In this document: piece after piece, positions 26,093 through 40,267 of the stretch
Layout: every line of letters begins with the position of its first letter
Numbering within the stretch: position 1 is the stretch's first letter
Source: Callorhinchus milii
Lineage: Eukaryota
Direction: 5' to 3'
Assembly (NCBI RefSeq): GCF_018977255.1
Contig: NW_024704743.1
Location: 102,178,001-102,242,000 of the forward strand
Length of the DNA: 64,000 nucleotides
The notes under the pieces: model-generated
What the model was told of the DNA's origin: nothing
The model's database searches: none
The model's input: only the letters and a program-made list of their open reading frames with translations
Translations under genes and position numbers: made by a program

Positions 26093-28028
26093 AATCTATT
26101 ACTTTCCCTCACAATTCTGGTAAGATGATCAATACAAAGGAAATATTTAGTCTTGGGTAGTTTAGAGGTGAATTTGACTCCACTCTTCAGTGGTTTTGTT
26201 GAGGGTATGTTGCCCTGCTTCCTGAAGACTTGAGAGCAGAGTTATTGAGCAGTCGCACTGTAACTCTGGGCCTGCACAGATGAATCCTGCAATGAGGAAA
26301 GATATGCACCCTTTACAAAATCAGCTGAGCAAAAAAAATTGATCTGAAATGAGCTACTCAGTCTTTCTTAACATCTTTAGTACCACACATCCTTTCTGAT
26401 CCAATGTTGAACACAATCCACTAAAAATCCCCATTCCTTTCCTAGAAATGAATGAGGAAGCAATTGATCTGTCAGGTAATACAGCTCCTTCAGTGTTAAT
26501 TGTCAAGCTGTCATCTCTTCAGCATTTATGCCGCAAGTGCTGCTTTCAGCACGGAAATCTCTGCCAGTTATGTGTGGACTATTATTTGTCTCTTGACAAA
26601 ATTTCACATTTTTTAACATGTTAGTTACATATTTTAGGGCTGTTGATCACACTTGTTTTATTTACATGTGTCCAGGTTGAATTTGTTTATGACTGAACAC
26701 TTGGTTCATTTGCACTTTAAGATATCGTCTTGATATGAGAGGTGCTATATCAAATGTAAGAATTATTATTCATAATATTATTACTTTTAATAAACCCAAA
26801 CCAGATGCCATTCCACATATGTATTCCACATTGTCCAGCTAAAACCACCCTACCCATTACAGTTTTGATTTGCAGGGTTAATGGGTTCTGAGCAGAAGAT
26901 TCGCTGCTCCCAGTGACTGGCCAGGTTGCCTCCAAGTCCTGCCGATGAGCCAGGCTGGCTGGGCTGTTATCAGCAGTGCTTTGGAGTACTGCGGACCTAC
27001 CTGGTTCAGGAACCGAACTACCAAGGTGACCGCAGAGGATTTTCTCCAACATTCTATTGCCAAACACAGAGTCTTGGAGCCAATTCCAAAGAGACTTCAC
27101 TTTATCCCACCACCACCCCACACACATTCTTCCCCCAAGGATAGTCACTAGTTGTTCATTGGTGAAGTGAATGCATCAAAACTGAAAATCAAGGACAAGA
27201 AACTCCTCTTATTGTTTTGTGCCATGATGCTGAGAAAGTACAGTGCTAATGGGAAAATCCCATGTTATGCACACTTTGTTAAAGCTTCTATATTTGTTGG
27301 TGAATTAATTTTACTTCCAATAGGGAGAAAGTCAATGCCTTAAGTATTAAACCATATTAACATAGTGGTGAAAATATATTTTAAGCATAACATTGAAAGG
27401 TGAAGGAATAAAGGAAGGGAAAAAAAAATAGAAAAATCTGCATATCTGTGTTTCTAACTGTTTCCCAATTGTATCAGAATGTTACTTTGATTCAATGTTC
27501 TGTGATGTACAGCTTTAACATAGCTGAATGTCTGCTATGATATTAGATATTTCGCTGCCTGAAACAAGTGCAGTTATTTGACATAAATTTCCAGGGTGAC
27601 TTGAGAAAGGTTACCATAGTGATTTATGGGCTGCAGAACTGATCGATAATCTTATTCTGTTTAGTCCATCTACCTATAAAATAATGCCATGGCCCGCCTC
27701 AAAAATAGAAGGAGTTTCTCCCAGTGTCCTAGCCAACAATCCCCTAGATAAAATAGGTCACTCACTCACTTCATGGTTACTTATGGAACATTGCTGTTTG
27801 CAAATTAGCTGCTGAGTTTGTTTACAAACACTCAGTCACTACACTTCACAGTAAAAATCTTGTGAAATCTAACTGAAAAGCAATGATTCTTAAACTGTAT
27901 TACTACATGTATGAAATTTGATACTGTTGACCCCCAAAGTGAAATGTAATCAGATTTCAACAACTTTTGCCCATTTGTGATTCCAAGTTATTTAAAATGA
28001 CATATCTGCAATAAACATAACACATTAC

Positions 28029-29272
28029 TGACCACGCTATCCTCCTCCACCGCTTGTCCTCCCACCTCAACCTTCAAGGCCCTGTCCTTGAGTGGTTCAG
28101 GTCGTACTTCTCCCACCGTATTCACTTTGTTTCCACGAACGGCTTTTCCTCCAGCTCCCGCACTGTCTCGTGCGGTGTCCCTCAGGGCTCTGTCCTCGGT
28201 CCCCTCCTCTTCACCCTCTATATGCTCCCCCTTGGTGACATCATCCGCAGACATGGGGTTAACTTCCACATGTATGCGGATGACATCCCACTCTACCTTT
28301 CCTCCTCTACCCTCAACTCCTCGACCACCGATGTCCTGACAGCCTGCCTGTCCGACATCGAGTCCTGGACGAGAGACAACTTTCTTCAGCTCAACGTGCA
28401 TAAAACTGAGGCCCTCCTGATTGGCTCACGTCAGCGCCTCCGCACCTCAGGCGCTGACAGCATCAGCATCCAAGGCTGCACTCTCCACCTCTCAAAGCCA
28501 GTCAGGAACCTCGGTGTTCTGTTCGACCCTGAGCTGTCCTTTCTCCCTCATATCTGCGCCACAACTGGCACCGCCTTCCATCACCTCCGGAATGTCGCCA
28601 GACTACGGCACTACCTCACCCCTCACGCTGCTGAAACTCTGGTCCACGCCTTTATCACCTCAAGGCTGGACTATGGGAACTCTCTCCTCGCCGGCCTTCC
28701 CGGCACCTCCCTCCACAAGCTGCAGGTCATTCAGAACTCTGCAGCTCGTGTACTGTCCCGCACCAGGCTTCGGGACCACATCGCTCCCACCCTCGCTTGC
28801 CTCCACTGGCTCCCCATCCCCCAGAGGATCGATTTCAAAATCCTCATCCTCACCTACAAGGCCATTCACGGCCTTGCTCCCTCCTACCTCTCCGACCTAC
28901 TATCCCCCTACTTATCTGCCCGTACCCTCCGTTCCTCTGGCTCCGGTCTGCTCCACATCCCCCGCCCCAACCGCCCTACCATCGGTGACCGGGCCTTCAG
29001 CCTCTCAGCCCCGAGGCTCTGGAACTCTATCCCCCAGTGCCTTCGCCGCCTCCTCCCTTTCCTCCTTCAAGGCCGGTCTCAAGACCTTTCTCTTTGACAG
29101 TGCCTTCAGCTCCCCTCTCGACTCTCTATCCCCTCCTCGCTCCCTCCCTCCCCTCCACTCACCCTGACCAATTCCCCCCTGCTTGGCTCCTGACCCAAAT
29201 GTACAGCGCCTTGGGACGTCCTCCCGACGTGAAAGGCGCTCAATAAATGGAATCTTGTTGTTGTTGTTGTTG
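28029..29272 (+). mobile_element. Young 5'-truncated L2 LINE with a 347-aa open ORF2 segment (RT)
   Basis: [24 protein letters not shown]; 3' stem-loop and (TTG)n. Confidence 0.95.
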
Positions 29273-29827
29273 TGCAGCCAACCTCAAGCACAATACACAC
29301 TGAAAAACTGCCATTTTATGTTGTTTCATAGCATGACAACAGACTGTTGTAATACTACAGAGGCAAGAACAGCTTTTGTTTTTCTGTTAAGTGATCATGA
29401 AGGAAAATAAATCATCTTGCATTTATATTGATTTTGTTGCTAAATCTCCATCTAATGTGTGTATGTTTTTAAATATGAGAGCAAGTCCCCACTGCCTAGA
29501 CGTTAGTAGCAAATCTCTGCATATGATATAAACTATTAATATGTTTCCTATGCTTGAAATAATCTTTACTAAATTGCATAGGCATAAGAGCACACAACTG
29601 GCAACACTGGGTAATTTTACTATATACTATAATATGACATGATTCCATGAAACTTTGAATGAAATGAAAAAGGCTTTGAATGAATAAAAAATGCTCTTCT
29701 GCCAATACAATTTCATCCTTTCATAGTACAAACCCTATTGTCTTCCTTTCACAGCATCGAGCTTTGCATTAAATTAATCCAATATTCTGGCCCAACTTTC
29801 TGTCCAAATAAGAAGATGAATAAACAG

Positions 29828-30120
29828 TAATAATCCTTGCATTTGATATTGTGCCTCATTACGTCATCAACATAATGTCCCACAAACAGTCATGAAGTGA
29901 AGATCAATTTTATCTGGGGTATTATGGCTAGGATCTCAGGAGAAACTATCTTCTCTTTTCAAATAATGCCATAGGACGTTTAAAATGCATGTGAACAGGC
30001 ATTAATCTCCTTACCTTGTACTGGAAAGTCAGCCTACATTATGCGAGTTCAAAGTTCCAACGTGGGGTTTGAACCCACAGCCTTTTTGACTCACAGGCGA
30101 GTACGCAACATTAAGCCACA
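29828..30120 (-). mobile_element. DeuSINE-like copy with internal deletions
   Basis: aataatccttgcatttgata tail, aatgtcccacaaacag core, tttgaacccacagcc head (reverse). Confidence 0.7.
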
Positions 30121-33100
30121 TTGAGACCAATATGATTGTTTCCTCATTGTCCTTTTTTTCTCAGCAATCTTTCTCTTTTAATTCCTTTTCTGATATGCTT
30201 GAGTCCTAACAACACATTTCTCTTCTGTTTTATTACACTTTCCATTCTCTGTCTTTAAATCTTTGTAAGTATATCTCTCTTCTAAGGTTTTCTGGAGTAG
30301 CGTGCAATATTGTTGCTGTGAAAGGAAAAGCAACTTCAGCAAATACTCCCCCAATTATTTTATTTTTGGATGTAGCTTTGAATATTAATATTTTTGTGAG
30401 GTTTTTAGGTTACATCTGTACCTCCGTCAGAGGAAAATAATTGCTGTGATCCATTAGATGGCAAATTCCATGTCTGACTCTCAGATCGTGACATTATTCT
30501 AAAAGAAAACTTCATTCACTCTAAATAATGCCACAGGATTTTTAACATTCACCTGCAAAACAGACAGATAGGACATCAGAGGCAAGAGTTCTATAACTGA
30601 GTCAGGCTCACACCTACTATTCAGAATTTAATTAACGATGACGTATAGCAGTTCACGTTTCATAATTTATACTGAAATCTGACTGTACAATTGCAGATAC
30701 TTTTAATCTCTACCTCGTTTTCTTAAAGCTACTTTTAGCGTAGTTTTCCTCATTTGAATTAATTGAAGCAACTTTATGAAGCAAATATCCAAAGGAATGG
30801 ATAAGGCCACTGAAACTCACACTTATTATGGAAATTATTCTCCCAGAAGAATGTAGTCCAAATTTTGTGGTGTTTACACTGGTTGATTTAACATTCTGAC
30901 AGCCGTCAAAAGACTACACATAGTGTGAGACATCTTTTCATTCCACTCTTATGGTAATGTAATTTTAATTGCCAAACAATTTTTATCTGTATGTGGTGCC
31001 AGTTTGATTTGATGAAAGTATTGAATAAGCCAGTCGCTCAGTTTCTGGGTAACAACCAATTCCTACTCCTACACCATCTGTCTTTTAGCCATTGTGTACC
31101 TCTCTGTTAGCCTTGGCAGATGTTTACTTGTCTGTGTTATTGAAGTGAACTAACTGGAACTGAGTTACTGAACAAATGATTTTAACACTTTAACTTGTTC
31201 TTGAATATTTTGTGAACATATTTTGTGAAAAAAATATATTTTTCTTATACGGTAACATTGTTTTAGATTTTTCTTACAGCAGAGAGGATAGAATTCCAGT
31301 AAATTTAGTGCTGGCAACCTATTATCAAGTCCATTTGATAAGATGGCAGCTAGAGAGTCACTGGCCTTTTTTTTCTCCATTGCATCAGTATTTCTGTTTC
31401 TACATTGGTTTATGCCTGGATCTCCTCAAATGCTAAAGTCTATTTCTGCACTGCTGTTGAACATAGAACCACAAGTAAAGTTTCTGGTGGTCTCCAACCC
31501 ATTCCCTGAATTAATTAATAATAATAATCCTTGCAATTGATATAGCACGTTATCACATATTTGAGATGTCTCAAAGCGCTTCACAGAATATACTTTAATG
31601 TGCATGGACTACATTTTGTTGATGAAACACAAAACATAAGGAACATAATTAACACAAGGAACAAGTTGAGGAATACCCACTGTTTTTTTCCTTATTTAGC
31701 GTTGGCATAACTCACTGACTGCTGCAGGAGTGTGTTGGGTGGCTTGCAGTCATGCAGCTCTTGGCTTTTGATATTACCCAGCACACTCCTTGAGATCAGT
31801 TTCAGTAGCCTAGTGAAAGAAACTAAAGGAAACTGATATAAAATCCAAATAAGGAGGAGTAGAACTGGTAGAAGCATGGAAATATTGATACATATGTGAA
31901 AAAACTGAGTCTGTTTTTATTGAAGAGAAGGTTGAGAGGGGAAATGATAGAGGTATACACAATTATGAGGGGTCTTGACAGGGTAAACAGGGACAGGGGG
32001 GGCAGAGTGGCTGAAGGCTCGGTAAGGCAAGTCAATTGAGAAGCCTTCCTGGTTCATCATTGAGAGTTAGAGAGGCATCTTGTTATCAGAGAATGGAATT
32101 CTTTCCTCTTGGCCTCTGAGAACCCTGAAAGCCAATGCCTTAGTGGGTAGGGTGGTGCCAGATGGACATGTCACTGAGCCACGACCTTGGATTTATCTTT
32201 TTTGGAGATGTTCCTTTCAAAGTATGGAAAGGACAGGTGGGAAAGAGCAGCCTGCCAGGTGTTGTAACCTGCTTAAGGAATATCGATTCATTTACATCAT
32301 TATGTCTTTAAACAGCATTGAAATGGTCAACATGCAACATGTGACAATAATAATCTTTACATTTAATATACCACATGAAACATCAAAATGTTTCCAAGTG
32401 ATTTATAGTTATTCGTGCCAAATGTAGTGACTGTGTATTTTTAGGCAAACCCAGCAGTCAAATTGCATGCAGAAACATCCCACACACTGGCCATGAAGTG
32501 AATGACGTATTTATATGGATATTTATCAGCCAAGATTCCATAGTAATTACATTTTCAACAATATTGTTCATTGTCTGCAAACAAACACCATTTATGACAA
32601 CTTGGCATAAAATTGAAAAAATAATAATAACCCTTGCATTTGGTATTTTCACATCAAGGTGACATCCCAATGCATTTCACACAATATGCTGTAAAATAAT
32701 GACTATGTATTCTGTGAATGAATAACAACAACAACTTACATTTATATTGCGCCTTTCACGCGAGGTATCGTTCCAGAGTGCTTAACAGTGGTGGAGTCTG
32801 ACCCCAATAAATAGAAGCTGTACATGGTGATGCTTTGAGGGAGATTTTGTGCATCAGATTTTGTGTACTTATTATGGGATTTACCATTGCTTATTCATAT
32901 CAGCAAACTGCACATGAACTTGTCATCAACATCATTATTTCTTGTAATGCTACAAGCTACTTTGGCTTCCAGAGTTTATTAGGGTCTTGCACAGGTTTTT
33001 GTGCTGTGAAGGGTTTACAGCTGAGACTAGACTTCTTTGAAAGGAAAATCATATAATCATACAAACTTTACAGCATACAGCAACACCCTTCAGCCCATCA

Positions 33101-33619
33101 TGTCTGTCCTATATCTCCCTACTAGATCTATCCTTTCAAATTTCAATCTCTTTTCCCTTCACCTTTAATATTACTTTCCCTCATCCATTTATCACCTTTT
33201 AAATCCTGCTATAGCCATACATGAGAAGGCATTACATTTTCTTGCTGCTCATCATCTTCTGGAAGAAAAGAGTGACATGAAAATTCCTATGAGTAATGAA
33301 TTAAAGCTGGAAATTTTATTTTGATGGATTAAGCTACAATATTTTCAGTGCAATATGGAGGGTGTTTCAATGATTAGCGTGACTGGTAATTTCTTAACCC
33401 TGATTTGTAAAGGAAAACATTTACTGACTGACAAATTCCATTGATTTTAAACTGCAGCAATTTCCCTCCAAATTCCTTCAACATTGTTTGAAACTAGAAA
33501 ACTATATGTTTATAATAAGTTGGGAAAAGGTTGCTAAGCTCTTCTTTCACTGAAAAGACCCTGAAAAGTTGCCCACAAACTTCAAAAATAGAAAACACTT
33601 AAATTGGTGATAATCCCTT

Positions 33620-35800
33620 AGAATCATAGAATTATACAACAACAACAACTTGGATTTATATAACACCCTCCACGCCGGACGGCATCTCAGAGCACTTTAC
33701 AGTTTCGGATCCTGGGGCCGAGCCAGGGGGAGGGGGTGGAAGGTGACCAAAGGCGCGGCCGAAAAGAAAGGTCTTCAGCAGAGACCTGAAAATGGAAAGG
33801 GAGGGAATGAGACGAAGGGAGTGAGGAAGGCAGTTCCAGAGCCTCGGGGCATAGTGGCTGAAGACACGGCCGCCGAGGGTGGAGCGGAGAACTCGGAGGA
33901 CAAGGAGGAGGCCAGACCCTCCTTCTGTATACAGCACAGAAGGAGGCCATTCGGCCTGTCGAGTCTGTGCCAGCTCTTTGAAAAGAACTATCCAATTCAA
34001 TCCCACTCTCCCGCTCTCTTCCCATAGCCCTGCAAACTTGTCCTCCCCAAATAATTACCTTCTCTCTTAAAAGTTGTTAGTGTATTAGCTTCCACCACCC
34101 TTCCAGGCAATGCATTCCAAATCCAAACAACTTGCTGTGTAACAAAATGTCTCCTCACCTCCCCTCTGTTTCTTTTAACAACTATTTTAAGTTGATATCC
34201 TCAGGTTACTGACCAACCCACCAGTGGAAATAGTTTCTCCTTGTTCACCCTATCGATTCCCCTCACAATTTTGAAAACTTTTATTAAGTCTCCTCTTAAC
34301 CTTCTCTGCTCCAAGGAGAATAATCCTAGCTTCTCTAGCCTCTCCTGATAGCTGAAATCCCTCATTCCTGGTACCAGCCTGATAAATCTCCTTTGCACCC
34401 TCTCCAATGCCTTGACATCCTTCCAACAGTGTGGTGCCCCGAACTGAACACAGTACTCTAACTAAGGCCTAACCAGTGTTTTATAAAGGTTTTTGACTTT
34501 TGTATTCTAAATCCCTATTTATAAAGCCAATGATCCTGTATGCTTTTGTAACAGCTTTATCTACCTGTCCTGACACCTTCAAAGATTTACTTCCATGAAC
34601 CCCCAGGTCTCTCTTTTCCTTCACCCCCTTTAAGTTTGTACCATCAGCTTATATTGCCTCTCCTCATTCTTCCTCCCAAAATGCATCACTTTGTAATTCT
34701 CCACATTAAATTTCATCTGCCCATTTTACTAGTTTCAATCCTATGTCCATTTGCAGTCTGTTACTATCCTCCTCATTGTTTACTGCTTTTCCTAGCTTAG
34801 TATCATCTGCAAACGTATAAATTGTACTCCCTATACCCAAGTCCAGGTCATTTATACAGATCAAAAACAGCAGTGGTCCCAATACTGATCACTGGGGGAT
34901 ACCACTGCACACGTCCCTCCAGTCAGAAAAACAACTGTTCACCACCACTCTCTGCTTTCTGTCTCCCAGTCAGTTCTGTATCCATGTTGCCACTGTCCCT
35001 TTAATACCACATGCTTCTATTTTGCTTACAAGTCTCTTATGTTGCACTTTATCAAACTCCTTTTGAAAATCCATATAAACTACATCAACTGCACTACCTT
35101 CATCCACCCTCTCCGTTACTTCATCAAAAACTCTATCAAATTTGTGAGACATGATTTGCCTTTAACAAATCCATGTTGGCTGTCCATATTTTTCAAAGTG
35201 AAAATTTATTTTGTCCCGAATTATAGTCTCTAGAAGTCTCCCCACTACTGATATTAGGCTGACTGACCAGTAGTTCCCGGGTTTATCCTTCTGCCTCTTT
35301 TTGTATGGGGAATAACATTTGCAACACTCCAGTCCTCTGGCACCATCCCAGTGTCCAAGGAGGATTGAAAGATTGTGGCCAGAGCCTCCGTTACTTCCAA
35401 AATTTCTTCCCTCAGTAACCTAGGATGCATCCCATCCAGACCTGGTGACTTACCTACCTTGAGTACCGACAACCTTTTCAGTACTTCCTCTCAGTTTAAT
35501 GTTATCTTATCCAATTTCTTTACCCTCTCTTCTGATACTGTGGCATTGGCTGCATCTCTTCTTTTGTGAAGACAGATGCAAAGTACTCATTCAGTACGTC
35601 AGCCATGCCCTCTGCCTCCACAAGAAGATTTCCTCTTCGGTCCTTAATTGGACCCACCCTACCTTTGACTAACTTTTTATTTTTTATATGCATATAAAAT
35701 ATCTTAGGGTTCACTTTTATTTTACCCGCTAATCTTTTCTCATACAATCTATTTGCCCCTCTTATTTCTTTTTTCAGTTATCCTCTGTATTTTCTATATT
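33620..35800 (-). pseudogene. Decayed 5'-truncated CR1 LINE (about 2.2 kb including nested insert)
   Basis: [52 protein letters not shown]...[10 protein letters not shown]1 tail cagcacagaaggaggccattcggcc. Confidence 0.9.
33639..33927 (-). mobile_element. L2 3' fragment (second family) inserted in the CR1 tail, 6-bp TSD
   Basis: tataca at 33633-33638 and 33928-33933; GGRVFSHYAPRLWNCLP...LKTFLF. Confidence 0.85.
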
Positions 35801-36112
35801 CTATTGATGCCAGGAATGCACAATTTTCTGTTCTTCTTCAATGAAACTGGCCAGAACCTTGATTACTGTAAACAGTTGTCAACATTTTCATATCCAAGAG
35901 CCATCCAATGTAAACCCATCCATGTCTAAAACTTTCTAACCAAACCTCTTTGAATATTGTCTTCCGGATTCCATTGTCCATTTAGACCAATGCAGAAACC
36001 AGTTACGTTCTGCAGCTAATGAAAATCTACAAGGTCAGTGATTCACAGGACAGGATGATAGATCTACGTGATTAATTGCTTATGTGTTTTGCATGTTTGT
36101 ATCAGGAAGTGG

Positions 36113-36800
36113 TGTGAGATTATATTTGTGATGTTTACTGTTTATAAACTTTTTTAATAAGTATACTTTTAGAATATAACCAAACACTTATAATCTTTTT
36201 GGTATAACATTCCTTAGTTATTAGGGCATAGACAAGGCTGTGTGTTTTTAATGACTAACATAGGATCCCTGAGAGGGTAGATGTGCCAATTAGCATCAGG
36301 AAAATTAAAGTTATTTTGGCTTGATAGGATCTGATAACTTTCCCTTGTTCGGTGCCTGGGTCCCATGTCATTCTCCCATCTAAGAATTGAGTAATCATGT
36401 CCTTGAGCACAGATGTGAAAACAAGGGGGCTCATCTGCTTATCTCAAGACTAAGAAACAGGAAGATGGCACAATCCTCCCAACAAGCTGTCCATCTCTCT
36501 TTCTCCTTATCAGTTATTTTCCCATGTTAAAAGAGCCTGCCAAGATCGCTAGCAGCCTGTGAAGGGTGGGGGCTATCTCTGTGACAAGGCGAGGTGGAGT
36601 TAGAAACATATAAAAGAAAGATGTAACTTTGAAATAGTTGGAGTTATCGTAGACAGTCAGTGCACTTCCCAGTGGAATCGATATCGACTCCACTGTACTT
36701 ATGGTCTCAGTTTTAAGAATAAGCTAAGATATTTATATTACTTAATAAACCTTGGATTATTACACAACCATATTGATTGTCTCCATCCGAATCTCTTACC
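36113..36800 (+). mobile_element. Solo LTR (688 bp), related to 17885-18850
   Basis: Starts tgtgagattatatttgtga, ends tcttacc; perfect gtgg flanks at 36109-36112 and 36801-36804; tataaaa near 36609; aataaa near 36744. Confidence 0.8.
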
Positions 36801-37489
36801 GTGGAGAACTGGGAGGGATAAACTACCTAATGGCATCTTAAAGAAAAATCACACCTACTTGAATAGACACCTGTCTACAGTTCACTTCAAGTTAGGTTGC
36901 CTTTAATGTTACATTATCATTCTTTATATCAGGCTCTGAAATTATCCTGCTTGCAGTAAGCGTAATCATCTGAGGCAGTTTGAAAGCACGGCTTAGCCAG
37001 TGTCTAGGCTTCGGGTTTCTTTGTTCTCCCCACCCCTGCACCACAGGATCTGTTCACTTGCTACAGTCCAGATGGAAGACGCTGCCTTGGGGAAGGTGGC
37101 AGCTTTTAGGATAGACATGAAATAAACATCTAATTTTTATATTGCTTAAATGTTAATCTGCATTCATAGTTGCTGTCTTGATGATTCACCTTTCTGATAC
37201 CCAGTTTAATTGTATTCGACACTCTTGTGTATGACTCCTATTCTTCACTTTGCTTTTTGATTCTTTATATACTTTAATACTAATTGGGTTAGTATTTTGA
37301 TTACAAGGTATCTCCTTTCTCTAAGCATGTGATCTTAGCTCTGCAAATCTTCTTTTTCTTAGATTATGCATCTTGTAATTCAATTCTACAACTCATAAAG
37401 AGTTAATTGTCTATAAATATGTATTTTTTGGGGCGCTAGTGTTTCTTTCAGTGAAAAGGGGATGTGTATTTCCTTTTATAGGAAACTTG

Positions 37490-37930
37490 TGAGCTCTGTC
37501 TATCACAAAATCAAATATATTCAGACTAGACAAGCTAGGACTCTTCAATCTTGAAAGGCAACATCTCAGAAGACACAGATGTAAAAAAAATTAAATGTGA
37601 TTGACCATAGTAAACCCAGAACAATATTTTCAGATGCAACAAGACTGTAGAAAAGAGGACATAGATTTAGAATTGCAAAAGGCAATTACAGGGCAGACAC
37701 CAGGACATTGTTTTTTACCTGGGGCATTTCAGGATAGTCACCACAAGTATTTATTTAGCCAGAGGGTAATTAACAACTGTAACAAATCACCAAGATAGAT
37801 GTTTGAAGGCAGGACATTAAACTTGTTTAGAAAACAATTCGATGGGAAGGCTGTAAGGGAGTTCTGAAAGGATGAGATCAAATGTGCCAAAGGACTTTAT
37901 TTTTATCAGAACCAATCTTGTGATCTTATG
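37490..37930 (+). mobile_element. Old CR1 3' fragment
   Basis: LDKLGLFNLERQHLR...KYLFSQRVINNCNKSP; tail cttgtgatcttatg. Confidence 0.6.
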
Positions 37931-39589
37931 AAATAATACAACTGGTACATGTAATTGTTCTGAACACAGCCAGACACACAACAACATATGTTATAAACTG
38001 TGTGAGATATCCCTTTAGGAGTAATGGCCAATGGAAGAAGAACTAATGAAGTAAAAACAGGAAGTATAAAGGGGCACTGGCAACGTAGCCAGCCTCTGTG
38101 TGAGAGTTATGGTTGGAGTATTGGATGTGTTGGGGTTGCTAATGAAGAAACAACCTAGCTTTGGATTGCATATTATTACAAACAGCACCTGGAGCACTTA
38201 GAAATTTAGTTTCAACTGATTTACTGTGTATAAAGAGATCAACAGAATGCACCCTTGGCTTACTCTGTGTAACATGATTTGAATATTTTGATCCTTCAAC
38301 ATAGAAAGCATTTATATCAGTGGATGTGTTCCAGCAGGTGAGAAATGCTAGTTGCTCTATATGCTCATTGTTGCCATTGTTGTTCAGCTACCATGCTAAT
38401 TTTCCAGGCAACTGTCTGTAGTGGACTAACATAATCTTTAACATCCTTGATAGCTGTGTCCAATCCAGTCTTCCTTTTTCAAATGTAGTTGTCTCTGCTG
38501 TCAAACCTTTTATATACTCTGCAATGAGAGATACACACAAACTGCCTTCTCAGCTATTCCTTCTGTGTGTCTCTCTAGATTTTCAAAACTGCACTGACGC
38601 TGTCAGTTTAACTTGCGACTTTTATCCTTAAATCAATATTCATTCATTTTGTGGCCAATTCAACATCTGTTTAGTTCAGCTGAGCTATTGTGGCATGTGT
38701 TTGCTGTGCAGCACCATCTGTTTATAGTCTGGCAACAGTCGCTACAGGTCATATGATAATAGTACTATCTGAAACAACAGGTTGACAAATGCGATTTTTC
38801 ATAACAGATTCAATGTGAGAATCTGTTTAGGATTCGAAGAACATTGCTTTGAAAGTTTTTCTTTCGCGATGTGGAGAACGGAGTATTTGTGCAACTAATA
38901 TTAGGACAGTGGTTAATTGAGGACTGGATCATCTTAGCAGGACTGAGACTCTGTCTTCAGGGTTGATTGTTTGCCCCCATGTTCCTCTCGAAAATACCCC
39001 AGTTCAAATTGATCATTCACTTCATGATTGCTGTGGGACATTTCTATGTGCAAGTTGTTTGCTGCATTTTCCAACAAATGACAGTCGCTACACTTTACAG
39101 TAACGAGTCTGCAAATTGCTTTGAGACTTTCTTCTGATGTAAAATATGCTATATATCAAATGCAAGGATTTTTTCATTAAAAATATTTTGCCTCACTATC
39201 GCTGAACAGTTATTGTATATTATTCTAGCTGGCAGAATCTTGATTTCTGCATTCACTCTGATTCTTTCTAACACAAGTGGTTATAATGCTTATTTACCAA
39301 TTGGTTGATGTGGACAAAGTGTTATCTTTCTCCCCATTCAGTATGTCTCAGATGTATCTGTGTCCCCATCAATAAATGTTCCCATATTATATAATATGTA
39401 AAATAAAGAAAGAAATCAACAATGTTAAAGGTGGTGCTGAACAATGGGTTTAACATGGCATTGAATTTAACATGGAAAGTGCATAGGCAGAAATATGTGA
39501 CAGTAATTGAAGAATAATGCTGAACCCATATTTTTGGAGTAAAGATTCCTTTAGCTTTACATCTGCATACTCACCCATACTCAACTTCG

Positions 39590-39995
39590 TACCTCCATTC
39601 TAGCCAGGCTCCACTGACTCCCTCTTGCCGGAAGGATAGTTTTCAAAGCTTTTCATGCCCTGGAACCTCCCTACCTCTCCGACCTGCGTGAACCCCCCAA
39701 CCCACAACCCACTGCCTCCACTTGACTGGCTCCGGCCTTCTGCATGCCCCTTGTGCCTTCAGTTCCACCATTGGTGGCCGTGCTTTCAGCCACTACACCC
39801 GAAAACTCCGGAACGTCCTTCCTCTATCCCTCTGCCTTGTCCTTTCCTTCCCCATCTTCAGGTCATGCCTGAAGACCTTCCTATTCGACTGTGCCTCCGC
39901 TTCCCTCCGGCTCGGCATCGTGCTTCGCCACTGTCAAGCCCTCCGTGACACTACCCTACATGAGGGGCACTATATAAATGCATATTGCTGTTGTC
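39590..39995 (+). mobile_element. Old L2 3' fragment
   Basis: STIGGRAFSHYT...LKTFLFD; gcactatataaatgca...ttgctgttg tail. Confidence 0.8.
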
Positions 39996-40267
39996 GTGTG
40001 GTGTCTCTCATTAATGGCCAAACCTCAAAGTTTTGAGTTTCTAAGATTTGCCCACTTTAATATACATGGAAATCATTTTCAACAGTTTCAAACGCAGATG
40101 AAGCTATTTATTATAAAAACAGCAGGGAGCAGTGGTGACCTTTTGTGATATGCTGCAAATCAATGCCTGAAATTGTTCTTCGTTAGAATAGTTAATTTGC
40201 CTATAAAAGTAGTACAAAATGTGTCACTTTGCAGTATATCTATGTGAAGGGCTTTGAGATGTCTTTA

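Noticed and set aside
26870..27150. GC-richer unique patch with several overlapping short ORFs
   Set aside because: No recognisable domain, and the plausible plus-strand exon has stops in all frames
28054..29097. 347-aa RT ORF as a functional gene
   Set aside because: 5'-truncated retrocopy lacking the endonuclease and the N-terminal RT, with no true start context
28421..29167. Long Pro/Ser-rich ORFs (248 aa here; 264 aa at 40524-41318; 171 aa at 20541-21056)
   Set aside because: Alternative frames of C-rich L2 ORF2 with no independent evidence of being genes
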